Shown in pieces: positions 26,573 through 34,735 of a stretch of DNA of 38,338 nucleotides. Below the pieces are notes generated by a model that saw only the letters and a list, made by a program, of their open reading frames with translations, searched no databases and was not told the origin of the DNA. The first letter of the stretch is position 1; each line of letters begins with the position of its first letter. A program made the position numbers and the translations under genes. Source of the stretch: a virus (Duplodnaviria > Caudoviricetes); the IMG/VR virus record IMGVR_UViG_3300005573_000025, positions 1-38,338 of that record, one strand, 5' to 3'.

Positions 26573-27307
26573 ATGGAAAAACAACTACCAAAACAAGTTG
26601 AAAAAGATGAGTCATTACCTTTTAGGATTATGGACTCCTTGGATGATGAACTAATCATTCAGGAGCTTGAAGGTAGACTGCCCGAAATATTAACTTATCA
26701 TTTTAAAGATAAGGGTCAAGAAATTTGGGGTCTTTCAAAGGCTGGGGTTGATGAAGCAAAGGGAGAATTGGGGAGACAAGGAGAATGTATTAGAGAACTT
26801 GAGGTTACTTTTACCGAAAAGGAAGACGAGGCATTTTTTACGGTAAAGGCGGGTCGATATGTAGTATCAAGAGATGGTAAGGAAATTTTATTGGATACTG
26901 CTTTTGGGTTTAAAAGGCAGCCAAAGAAATTTCCCTCTGGTTCTCTTAATCCGTTCTGGTTCGAATCGGGAGGGATTAAAGCTGCAAGGAATGCCTCTCT
27001 AAGACTCATTCCTAAATCAATTGTTCAAGCAGTAATCGAGCACGCAAAACAAAAAGGTAAAGTAAAAGAAATTAGTGAAAGTGATATGGATCAGTTCAGG
27101 AGGGAATCGGAGAAAAAATTTGCAGAGTATCACGATAGGATGATGGCTATAAAAAATATTTTTGAGCTTAGAAACTGGTGGAAAAAACACTATCAAGAGA
27201 TGAAGGATAATCTTCTTCCTGAACATTTTCAATTAATTACAGAGCTTAAGGATTCTTTAAAAGAAAAGTTCTCAAAGGAGTCGGATAATGGTGAAAATAA
27301 CGATTGA
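26573..27307 (+). CDS. Putative single-strand annealing recombinase (Rad52/Sak-like)
   Basis: AAGGAGGTG SD gives MEKQLP start; GLSKAGV ... KAARNASLRLIP; upstream of an exonuclease. Confidence 0.5.
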   Translation: MEKQLPKQVEKDESLPFRIMDSLDDELIIQELEGRLPEILTYHFKDKGQEIWGLSKAGVDEAKGELGRQGECIRELEVTFTEKEDEAFFTVKAGRYVVSRDGKEILLDTAFGFKRQPKKFPSGSLNPFWFESGGIKAARNASLRLIPKSIVQAVIEHAKQKGKVKEISESDMDQFRRESEKKFAEYHDRMMAIKNIFELRNWWKKHYQEMKDNLLPEHFQLITELKDSLKEKFSKESDNGENND

Positions 27308-27497
27308 TAACATTGAATATGTATGGAATCCTGATGATTCTTATGTTAAGGATGACAAAGAATATAGGTTTGCCAGATTAGAAAAGATTAGAAAATATAA
27401 AAATAGAAGGGCTTTCCAAATAGTTACGGTAAAACCAGAGCATTTAGAACAGTTTTATGCCTTTCTTAGACAAATTTTGGAAGAGGTGGATTTCTGA
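27288..27497 (+). CDS. Small protein, possibly PC4-like ssDNA-binding
   Basis: Size, beta-beta-helix layout and position between recombinase and exonuclease. Confidence 0.35.
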   Translation: MVKITIDNIEYVWNPDDSYVKDDKEYRFARLEKIRKYKNRRAFQIVTVKPEHLEQFYAFLRQILEEVDF

Positions 27498-28294
27498 TGG
27501 AAATTAGAAGAAACAAGTCTATTGAAGAATGGGCTATTTCTGAAATAATTAACAACTGGGGGAAGGATACCAGAGAAGGTATCCATTTAACTGACCTTCT
27601 AACCCCTCGAAAGAAATACTGGCAGATAGTGAAGCCTATGAAACCATCCATTGAGGAAATCTCATACTGGACAAGTGGTCAGACTATTGAATATAAAATT
27701 TTATCTGCTATGGGATACAAAAAGGGTGAAACTAAAGAATGGAACGGGATAAAATATTCGGTAGATAGTTTTATGGGTAATATTCCTTCGGAGATTAAAA
27801 GTCGAAGAAGGAATTTAGCCGAAGAAGGGAAGGAAGCGGAAGTCTATGAACATTACATAAATCAACTTCGGGGTTATTGTGCTATTGAGAACAGCACTAA
27901 AGGATGGTTAATTGTATTGTCTCTTTTGGAAAGACAAGATGATTCTAATAAAACAGCTCCTGAATGGGCTTTTTATGAAGTGGATTTTACTAAAGAGGAG
28001 CTTGAAGTTGAAAGGGGGAGACTGCTTGAAATCAGGGGGAAGCTTGAGGATGCTCTCGAAAAGAGGGATCATAGTAGTCTCCCTCTTTGCTCGGATTGGA
28101 TGTGTGCTCGGAAATTAAAAATTATGATTAGAAAACCATTTTGTAAAACGTGCAATAAAGAGTTTGAAACAGAATGGGGAATAAACAAACATATAAATTC
28201 CCGGTCAGGACAAGGGCATGAGGTAATAATGCCCGAATATGAAGAAAAAATTGAAAAGATTTGTAAGTGGTATGATGATTGTTTAGGGGGGTAA
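27497..28294 (+). CDS. PD-(D/E)xK Cas4/RecB-like exonuclease with C2H2 Zn-finger insertion
   Basis: IHLTDL, D..EIKS, QLRGY motifs; C-terminal Cys cluster interrupted by CKTC..F..H..H. Confidence 0.7.
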   Translation: MEIRRNKSIEEWAISEIINNWGKDTREGIHLTDLLTPRKKYWQIVKPMKPSIEEISYWTSGQTIEYKILSAMGYKKGETKEWNGIKYSVDSFMGNIPSEIKSRRRNLAEEGKEAEVYEHYINQLRGYCAIENSTKGWLIVLSLLERQDDSNKTAPEWAFYEVDFTKEELEVERGRLLEIRGKLEDALEKRDHSSLPLCSDWMCARKLKIMIRKPFCKTCNKEFETEWGINKHINSRSGQGHEVIMPEYEEKIEKICKWYDDCLGG

Positions 28295-28295
28295 G

Positions 28296-28388
28296 ATGTT
28301 TGTATGGGGACTAATAATTGGGTTATTTTTGGGTTGCTTTATAGGTATGTTAATTATGTCATTGTGCTTTATTTCAAGAGAAGAGTGA
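28296..28388 (+). CDS. Small membrane peptide (30 aa, MFVWGLIIGLFLGCFIG...)
   Basis: Read by hand; single TM with GxxxG repeats. Confidence 0.55.
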   Translation: MFVWGLIIGLFLGCFIGMLIMSLCFISREE

Positions 28389-28600
28389 GTGGAGGCGGTC
28401 TGCACAGTGAGGGGAGTGCAGAGGGTCTGTAGGCGTCACGGAGTATGCAGGCTCTAAGAAAGTGAGCCTCCACTTAACTCCTTAAAAAGGAGGTGATGCT
28501 ATGCAACCGTATTACTACTATCGTGAGCCTACGGATACAGGTGGTAATTACGGATATGTTCAATTTTAGTGTCGGGGGTGCGTGGGACGTTAAACCAAGC
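28383..28600 (+). ncRNA. Candidate structured RNA region with embedded 22-aa ORF (28501-28569)
   Basis: GTGGAGGC/GCCTCCAC, TCTGCAC/GTGCAGA, GGGTCTGTA/TGCAGGCTC stems; AAGGAGGTGA SD before MQPYYYYREPTDTGGNYGYVQF. Confidence 0.45.
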
Positions 28601-28627
28601 ATAAAATTTGTAAGAAAAGGATAAAAT

Positions 28628-28693
28628 ATGAAAAAGTATTGGCACGAGTTAAGTAGAGAAGAAGCCAGAAGAGAAATGAGAAGCAAGACTTAA
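28628..28693 (+). pseudogene. Truncated duplicate of the N-terminus of the 28991 gene
   Basis: MKKYWHELSREEARREMRSKT* versus MKKFWHELSNEEAIKEMKNKTW. Confidence 0.7.
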
Positions 28694-28716
28694 GGGACGT
28701 TAGCAAGGAGGAAAAA

Positions 28717-28983
28717 ATGAAAGTAAGAAAAAAACCTATTGTAGTAGAAGCAGAGCAATTTTTCCCTGATAAACTTCCTTGGCCAGATGGAGTAAAGAAA
28801 ATACCAGAAGATATTATGCGTTATCTTTTTTGTTTTGGCGGGAACGTCCATTCAAATTATTACATTGAAACGCTGGATGGAGCAGTCGAAGTAACTCCTG
28901 GAGATTGGATAATCACAGGAGTTAAAGGAGAAAAATATCCTTGCAAACCAGATGTATTTGAAGAAACTTATGAGAAAGTTTGA
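28717..28983 (+). CDS. Conserved phage protein (KKPIVVEA...PGDWII...GEKYPCKPDVF type)
   Basis: Recognisable widespread phage family motif; AGGAGG SD. Confidence 0.8.
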   Translation: MKVRKKPIVVEAEQFFPDKLPWPDGVKKIPEDIMRYLFCFGGNVHSNYYIETLDGAVEVTPGDWIITGVKGEKYPCKPDVFEETYEKV

Positions 28984-28990
28984 AAAAAAA

Positions 28991-29203
28991 ATGAAAAAGT
29001 TCTGGCACGAATTAAGTAATGAAGAAGCCATAAAAGAAATGAAAAATAAGACTTGGAATGAAATCAGGATGGAGTATTCTCAGCCAGAATGGTGCGGTAT
29101 GTTCTGTGCTTTAGACTTTGGAGGGTGCTGGAGTTTAATTGGAGGATTCAGAAACGAAATAAGTAGGGATTTTTGTAAGGATTGTGAGTTTTATAAGGAG
29201 TAA
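28991..29203 (+). CDS. Cys-rich hypothetical protein
   Basis: Start inferred from the paralogous fragment; QPEWC, CWSL, CKDC. Confidence 0.6.
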   Translation: MKKFWHELSNEEAIKEMKNKTWNEIRMEYSQPEWCGMFCALDFGGCWSLIGGFRNEISRDFCKDCEFYKE

Positions 29204-29207
29204 AGTT

Positions 29208-29567
29208 ATGTCAGAATGCAAACATGAGAGATGGTTATATGCACCAAGTTCGTTTGGGATTGGTGATGGTGTTTTTTCAATAGACAGTGGTAATTTCTTA
29301 TGTGCAGATTGTGGGGAGTGGGTTCCTTTAGGGACAATTGAGATTGATAAAATAGTTAATGTCACTCACTTACCAAAGGAAAAATGTTTACACGACTTGG
29401 CTTATTACACTTTAGGTGGGTCTTACTTATGTCTTAGATGTGGGCATAAGTGGTTTACAAGTCCGACTCCGCTTCACGTAAATATTGACCCAGTAAATTG
29501 GAAAGAAAGAGACAAAAAGAGGAGAGAAGAGGTGTTAGAAAAGTTTAAAAATGGAGAGATTTTATAG
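29208..29567 (+). CDS. Double Zn-finger hypothetical protein
   Basis: AAGGAG SD gives MSECKH; CADC and CLRC. Confidence 0.6.
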   Translation: MSECKHERWLYAPSSFGIGDGVFSIDSGNFLCADCGEWVPLGTIEIDKIVNVTHLPKEKCLHDLAYYTLGGSYLCLRCGHKWFTSPTPLHVNIDPVNWKERDKKRREEVLEKFKNGEIL

Positions 29568-29605
29568 GGAGTTTGGCGGTAAACCAAGCACAGAAAGGAG
29601 AAGGC

Positions 29606-29830
29606 ATGAGAACAAAAATCTACATATTCATAACTGCTTTACTCATAGGTATCGCCTTAGGTTACGCTTGGCGTATGGCTCAAGTCGAACCTTCTTTGGA
29701 TAAAGATATAAGTTATATCTACAGTCAGAATCAAAGACTTACAAGAGACTTGGTTGCGATGGATACAAGAATAAGTCTACTTGAGGATCAAGTTTTAGGG
29801 ATACAAAGAAAATTAAAAATAAGGAGGTGA
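29606..29830 (+). CDS. Membrane-anchored coiled-coil protein
   Basis: AAGGAG SD gives MRTKIYIF; TM helix followed by coiled coil. Confidence 0.6.
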   Translation: MRTKIYIFITALLIGIALGYAWRMAQVEPSLDKDISYIYSQNQRLTRDLVAMDTRISLLEDQVLGIQRKLKIRR

Positions 29831-29834
29831 TATT

Positions 29835-30116
29835 ATGGCTTTTGAAGATGTAGTAAAAGAAACAGAAAAATTAGCGTTAAAGGCATGCAAGGAAATTGAC
29901 AAAAATCTTGACGGAGAAGAAGCAACTGAAAAAACAAAAAGGGCTATGGGAATTCTTTCGATTTACAAAGGGTTGATTCAAGCTTCTAATAATCGATATA
30001 GCCTTCAGTATCGGGTTGTGAAAGATCTGGCAGAGAATCCACAGGATTTAAGAAAGATTATTCAAGTTTCTCTACCTCATATCAATCCTATAAAAGAGAT
30101 TGAAAAGAAAAAATAG
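29835..30116 (+). CDS. Helical hypothetical protein directly upstream of the pentamer arrays
   Basis: AGGAGGTGA SD; stop codon abuts array 1. Confidence 0.7.
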   Translation: MAFEDVVKETEKLALKACKEIDKNLDGEEATEKTKRAMGILSIYKGLIQASNNRYSLQYRVVKDLAENPQDLRKIIQVSLPHINPIKEIEKKK

Positions 30117-30124
30117 TTAGTTTT

Positions 30125-30209
30125 GAGTTGAGTTGCGTTGAGTTTCTTTTTGTTTTGTTACCTTGAGTCAGTTTGAGTTACATTATGTCAGACTATGTTA
30201 AGTTAAATT
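30125..30209 (+). repeat. Pentamer array 1 (NN+RTT x17), candidate guide RNA
   Basis: Unbroken 5-nt register; triplets are GTT x9, ATT x2, TTT x2, GTC x2, CTT, ACT. Confidence 0.85.
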
Positions 30210-30260
30210 AAAGAAAAAGTGACTTTAATTTTGCTGAAGTGTGATTAGATTTTAAAATTT

Positions 30261-30335
30261 GCGTTGGGTTAAGTTTAGTTTCATTAGGTTTTATTAAATC
30301 AAATTTCGTTGCGTTATGTTGAATTATGTTAAATT
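30261..30335 (+). repeat. Pentamer array 2 (NN+RTT x15), candidate guide RNA
   Basis: 14 of 15 triplets are RTT; ends directly at the AAGGAGG SD of the RAMP-like gene. Confidence 0.9.
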
Positions 30336-30349
30336 AAGGAGGTGCAAAA

Positions 30350-30916
30350 ATGTATAGAATAAGATTAGAAATTGAAGGTATTGTTCCATTAAGAATGAAT
30401 AAATTAACTTCAGAAGCAAAAGAATCAATCAGAACTCCATCTGTAAGCAAAAGGAAAACAGATGAAGAATTGAAGGAAGAAGCTTTAAAAGGAATTTACC
30501 GAGATGAGAAAGGTCAAATATGTGTAGAAGCTAAAGCCTTAAAAGCCTGCGGAAGAAATGGGGCGAGTAGAGTTAAAGTTAGTCGAAGGTCGCTTACTCA
30601 AGATTTTAAGGGTGCTTTTCATTTCGAGCAACAATACATTCCACTCCTAAATGAAAAAGGGGAAAGATTTAAAGAGCCTTCTGGATTTCATTTTGAATTT
30701 GTTAAAGTTCCACCTAAAAAAGGAACTCCAGTTCCTAAAATGTGGGCATATTTTGATAAGTGGCAATTAAAGGCGACTGCTATTGTTGTAGATGACCGCA
30801 TTTCAACTGAATCAATTAAGAGTGCTTTCGTTGAAGGCGGTATGCTTTATGGATTATTGGATGGTAGACCTGACTGGGGAAGATTTATTGTTAAAAAATG
30901 CGAAAGAATAAACTAA
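30350..30916 (+). CDS. Stand-alone RAMP/Cas7-like RNA-binding protein
   Basis: beta1 IRLEIEGIVPLRM; YRDEKGQICVEAKALKACGR (cf. RAMP G.p.IP...lKG.lR); C-terminal G-rich loop GGMLYGLLDGRPDWGRFIV. Confidence 0.7.
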   Translation: MYRIRLEIEGIVPLRMNKLTSEAKESIRTPSVSKRKTDEELKEEALKGIYRDEKGQICVEAKALKACGRNGASRVKVSRRSLTQDFKGAFHFEQQYIPLLNEKGERFKEPSGFHFEFVKVPPKKGTPVPKMWAYFDKWQLKATAIVVDDRISTESIKSAFVEGGMLYGLLDGRPDWGRFIVKKCERIN

Positions 30917-30922
30917 TTTAAT

Positions 30923-31008
30923 TCATTAAATTAAGTTTAAGTTGGATTATATTAGATTGGGTTGTGTTATATTTATTTACATTTCGTTAAGTTGTGTTGA
31001 ATTATGCT
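30923..31008 (+). repeat. Pentamer array 3 (3 units, 1-nt slip, then NN+RTT x13-14), candidate guide RNA
   Basis: 12 of 13 triplets in 30939-31003 are RTT; runs into the next ATG. Confidence 0.88.
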
Positions 31009-32134
31009 GATAAAAATCATAGGTTGCAAGGGTAATTCCTGTATTAATTGGACTCTGAATTTCTTAAAAAAAGAATACAAAAACTATTCCCCGATTGATA
31101 TTCTATTTTATTACCCTTTCTATTACTATCCACTAAAGGATAGAATACTTGAATACAATCTCGATGTTAGGATGAAAAATTTCCTAACCTTCCAAAAATC
31201 TCCAGATACAAATCCAAATACTATTGTTATTATTTGCTCACATGACCTGAACGAAAAAGACTTAAAATTTATAAAAGATATAAACCCTAAACATCTAATT
31301 TTTGCAGGAGATCCCAACCTATCCGATTACTCCGAAAATTGGGGTCAGAATCATTTAAAAGATTTCCACGCCGATATTTCCCATGATATTAACCAATTCT
31401 ATTCCTTCCCTTTAAAACTTTACAATGAAATTACTAAAATAATTCCTAAAATGAAGCTGAATAACATTCCGCCATATATTCCTAAACTGTCCGCTTCAGA
31501 TCTGGAAGGTGAAGTTACAGAAGTTAAAAAAGAATTTCTTTTCCCATTCCTTAAAGAAGTCGATTTAGGAGAGGTTCTGATTGCTTCAAAAGACAAAAAC
31601 TTGAAGGTAGAGTTGTTCGATAATAACATTGCTTATAGGAGTTTCAGTGAAGACTTCAGTGATGATGAAACCTTCAAGATACCTATTCATTTATTTAAAT
31701 ATGTTGATACACTTGAGGCTATTAATCAGGAAAAGAGGATGATAAGCCAAGATGAAATAATAAGGGTTATAAGGCTAACAAGGGCAGAAATTGTTCAAAG
31801 ATTTGGGGGGAGAAAACTACTATATGAAACCTTTGAGCCAATAAAAGAAGTATATGCTAAAGTATTGAAACGCTTAAGTTTTTTTGAGTATCTTATAGAA
31901 CAGTTGATAAAGGATAGAATAGAATATTGCCTTACTCCACTGCAAAGCAGTTACTATAAAAGATGGAAAAGTAATATCAAAAACAAAGAATGGATTTCGC
32001 CTAAAATACACATTGCCTATCCTACGAATGTTAAATTTGGAGAATTTGATACTGTAATCACAGAAGAATTTTATCCAATTTTAATGTGGCGTATCCTTCT
32101 TCGTGCTAAAAACAGGATTGTATATATTAAGTGA
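31004..32134 (+). CDS. Degenerate UvrD/SF1 helicase-like protein (ATPase motifs lost)
   Basis: FAGDPNLSDYS (motif III), TNVKFGEFDTV (V) and LLRAKNRIVY (VI) recognisable; Walker A appears as GCKGNSCI and Walker B as IICSHDL. Confidence 0.6.
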   Translation: MLIKIIGCKGNSCINWTLNFLKKEYKNYSPIDILFYYPFYYYPLKDRILEYNLDVRMKNFLTFQKSPDTNPNTIVIICSHDLNEKDLKFIKDINPKHLIFAGDPNLSDYSENWGQNHLKDFHADISHDINQFYSFPLKLYNEITKIIPKMKLNNIPPYIPKLSASDLEGEVTEVKKEFLFPFLKEVDLGEVLIASKDKNLKVELFDNNIAYRSFSEDFSDDETFKIPIHLFKYVDTLEAINQEKRMISQDEIIRVIRLTRAEIVQRFGGRKLLYETFEPIKEVYAKVLKRLSFFEYLIEQLIKDRIEYCLTPLQSSYYKRWKSNIKNKEWISPKIHIAYPTNVKFGEFDTVITEEFYPILMWRILLRAKNRIVYIK

Positions 32135-32497
32135 TTCCGATACTTTACTTTTAAGTTCTTCAAATAATAGATTATATTTTGCTTTTATCTTATTGAAATC
32201 ATTCAATTTTCCATTTTTAGGATTGTATTCTCTTATTGTAAATAGATTTTCAGTCAAATTTTCTACATATTTTTTTAAAGCCTTTCTTACATTTTCCTTC
32301 AAAAAGAATTCCATAGGTATATCATAACCATAATTTTTCAACTTCTGTTCAAGTTCGAATGCCTTCTCAAGAGAAAAACCAGCAGATGGATCTTTATCTA
32401 GGATTGCTCTGAGTTTAGCAGGATTGATACCAGTAGTATAAAAACACAATTCTCTAAAGGTTATCTTTTTCCCTTTAGTGTCAGTAAACTCTATCAT
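32081..32497 (-). CDS. Putative HTH DNA-binding protein
   Basis: TFRELCFYTTGINPAKLRAIL; 4-nt overlap with the terminase stop. Confidence 0.45.
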   Translation of the reverse strand: MIEFTDTKGKKITFRELCFYTTGINPAKLRAILDKDPSAGFSLEKAFELEQKLKNYGYDIPMEFFLKENVRKALKKYVENLTENLFTIREYNPKNGKLNDFNKIKAKYNLLFEELKSKVSESLNIYNPVFSTKKDTPH

Positions 32498-34302
32498 GAT
32501 GGTATAAGAGTCGTAGGTTTAATAAAGGGTTGGATGGTCTGTATTAGACCTGTTTGCTCAAGTATTTTCCTTGACTCCGAAACTTCCATTGTTCTTTTAG
32601 CTTCCTCATATTTCGGGAGCCTATGAGCCCAATAAGTTCTCCAGTATTCTATCGCAAGAGCACTTGCTATAACCCTATCGTCATTTCTACCAGATTCAGC
32701 ACCTAAATATGAACCATCCTTAATAAAAATATTCATTTCCTCAATAAGTCTCTTGCTTTTAGGAACAAACATTCCCAGTCCTACAATACTTTTCATCTGG
32801 TTCATTAAAGCTTCTTTTGTCCCTTGATTTGTCTCCCAATGCCTTGCCAAACTCCTTCTGATAGAATCTGGCCGATAATACATATATTCCCTTATATCCC
32901 TTATGTTCATCTTTATTTTTTCAAGGTCATATATTTCTTTATTAAGATTAATTTGAACTTCCCCAATGTCAAAAGAATTGTTTTTTATTTTATCGAGTTC
33001 TTTAATTACAACCCTTCCGGGGCCCGTTACTTCCAAATTCAAATAACTTGGTCTATAAAAACAAGAAAAGAAGACAAGCAGTTTTGCAAACTCTATCGTT
33101 CCTATTGAATTATCGCAGTATTCTGCAACTTGTTCTATTCTATCATTGTATCCTTTCCATATAGAAATAACTGCATTATCGCTATCAGGAGAACTCCCAA
33201 ATGAAGGGTCAGCCCCTAAAAAATAATATTCTCCACTTTGTGGAAGTTCATAAATCTCAAGATTGTGCTTCTGCTTATTAGCTTCACTTAAATAAACTCC
33301 ATTTATGTCTGCATAGATATTAAGATAATACACATTCTGTTTCTCGGTCTCTTTTCGGAATTCAGTAAGTCTTTGGCTATCAAAGAATTTGTATCCTGAA
33401 AGTCTAAATGCATCATCTTCTGTCCATGGTAGCTCTTGAAGGGCAAAATTAATATCTCCCTGATAAGTTGTGGCTACTTCGTTTCTCCACCAAGCAACCT
33501 GTTCCATATCTATTTGATAATTATACAGTCGTTTAACAGAATTGATTCCTCTTTTTTCTTCTCTGCTAAGGGGATAAGAGTATTCTTGAAATAAAGGATT
33601 GTTCTCAGAAATTCGATAATCATTCCTTGACCACCAACCAATAAAAATAGCCTTTTCAGAAGGATTATTTTTGGAATTAACCCAGTAGTCATAAAAATTA
33701 TTAAATCCATTCGCAGTAGATTCGATAATAGTAAGCCTCGCTGGATGGTTTTTGGCACGGGAAATCTGAAGACTTTTTAAAACCTCATTATTAGGATCGC
33801 TTGCGTCATAATATGCCGCCTCTGTGGCATGAATACAGGTAAGTGATTGGGATCTTGCGACTGCCTGTCTGCTCATCTCTTTAGAACTGATATGATAAAA
33901 TAGAATCTCTGAACCATTGGAAAAATGCATCATTTCTCGATTATCCAATGTAACAGGAATTTTATAAGCTTTAGGTAGATTAAGGTAAAGACTTCTGAAG
34001 TTTTCCCTTAATTTAGGTCTTACTTCGTAATTATGGCACAAAAAACCTAATCTGATTGAGGGATTTTGCATTATCCAGAAAAGATCAAAAGCAAAAATAA
34101 TTGTAGTTACTCCAAGTTGCCTTGCTTTTAGGATTAAAAAGTCTCTTATTGGGGAATTATTTTCTATTTCTTTGAAGATTTCACGGACTAAAATCTTTTG
34201 ACTATCGAACCAACAATGAGGAGAAAACGGAGTTATTCCTTTTTCCCTTGAAGAAATTTTCAAATAAGAACACCAATTCAGAAAATTTTTTAGTCTATAC
34301 AT
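32494..34302 (-). CDS. terL: Terminase large subunit
   Basis: ILKARQLGVTT (Walker A), IHATEAAYY (Walker B), IIESTANG, GADPSFG..DSD and DDRVIASALA nuclease motifs. Confidence 0.95.
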   Translation of the reverse strand: MYRLKNFLNWCSYLKISSREKGITPFSPHCWFDSQKILVREIFKEIENNSPIRDFLILKARQLGVTTIIFAFDLFWIMQNPSIRLGFLCHNYEVRPKLRENFRSLYLNLPKAYKIPVTLDNREMMHFSNGSEILFYHISSKEMSRQAVARSQSLTCIHATEAAYYDASDPNNEVLKSLQISRAKNHPARLTIIESTANGFNNFYDYWVNSKNNPSEKAIFIGWWSRNDYRISENNPLFQEYSYPLSREEKRGINSVKRLYNYQIDMEQVAWWRNEVATTYQGDINFALQELPWTEDDAFRLSGYKFFDSQRLTEFRKETEKQNVYYLNIYADINGVYLSEANKQKHNLEIYELPQSGEYYFLGADPSFGSSPDSDNAVISIWKGYNDRIEQVAEYCDNSIGTIEFAKLLVFFSCFYRPSYLNLEVTGPGRVVIKELDKIKNNSFDIGEVQINLNKEIYDLEKIKMNIRDIREYMYYRPDSIRRSLARHWETNQGTKEALMNQMKSIVGLGMFVPKSKRLIEEMNIFIKDGSYLGAESGRNDDRVIASALAIEYWRTYWAHRLPKYEEAKRTMEVSESRKILEQTGLIQTIQPFIKPTTLIPS

Positions 34303-34735
34303 AGTTAATTATTCTAAAATTATTCCTTGGAGAGCAGGGATAACCAGCGACTTCTTCAAAAAATAGATTAACAATTTTCTTTAGCTTTTGGTAATTTGTA
34401 GAATTCGCCTCAACGATATTAAATAAAGCTCTTATAATAAAAAGAAATTGTTCATAAACATTTTTAGTATTGAGATAATGTATGGCATATTCTTCTTTAA
34501 AATCAGGAGTAGGGACTTTTTTCTTAATAAGACTTCTTGAATTTCTGCTTAAATAATTAAGAATTTTAAAAATATATCCTTCTCCGAATTCAACTCCAAT
34601 ATCAAAAAACATCATCCTAATTGCGTTTTCATGAATCAAATTTAGTTTAAAGTAAGAACAAAACTGTTCTATTTTATCGACCAAGAAGTCATCTGTTATA
34701 TTTCTTCTCTCGATATATTCTTTAAATCGTAACAT
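34295..34735 (-). CDS. Hypothetical protein
   Basis: Coupled to terL. Confidence 0.55.
   Translation of the reverse strand: MLRFKEYIERRNITDDFLVDKIEQFCSYFKLNLIHENAIRMMFFDIGVEFGEGYIFKILNYLSRNSRSLIKKKVPTPDFKEEYAIHYLNTKNVYEQFLFIIRALFNIVEANSTNYQKLKKIVNLFFEEVAGYPCSPRNNFRIINYV

Noticed and set aside
27497-28294. CRISPR adaptation cas4 linked to the RAMP-like gene
   Set aside because: It sits beside a putative recombinase, as phage recombination exonucleases normally do, and there is no cas1/cas2.
30125-31008. Ordinary microsatellite, low-complexity DNA, or mini-CRISPR
   Set aside because: Units are not copies of each other: two positions vary freely while the 5-nt register holds. There is no repeat-spacer structure.
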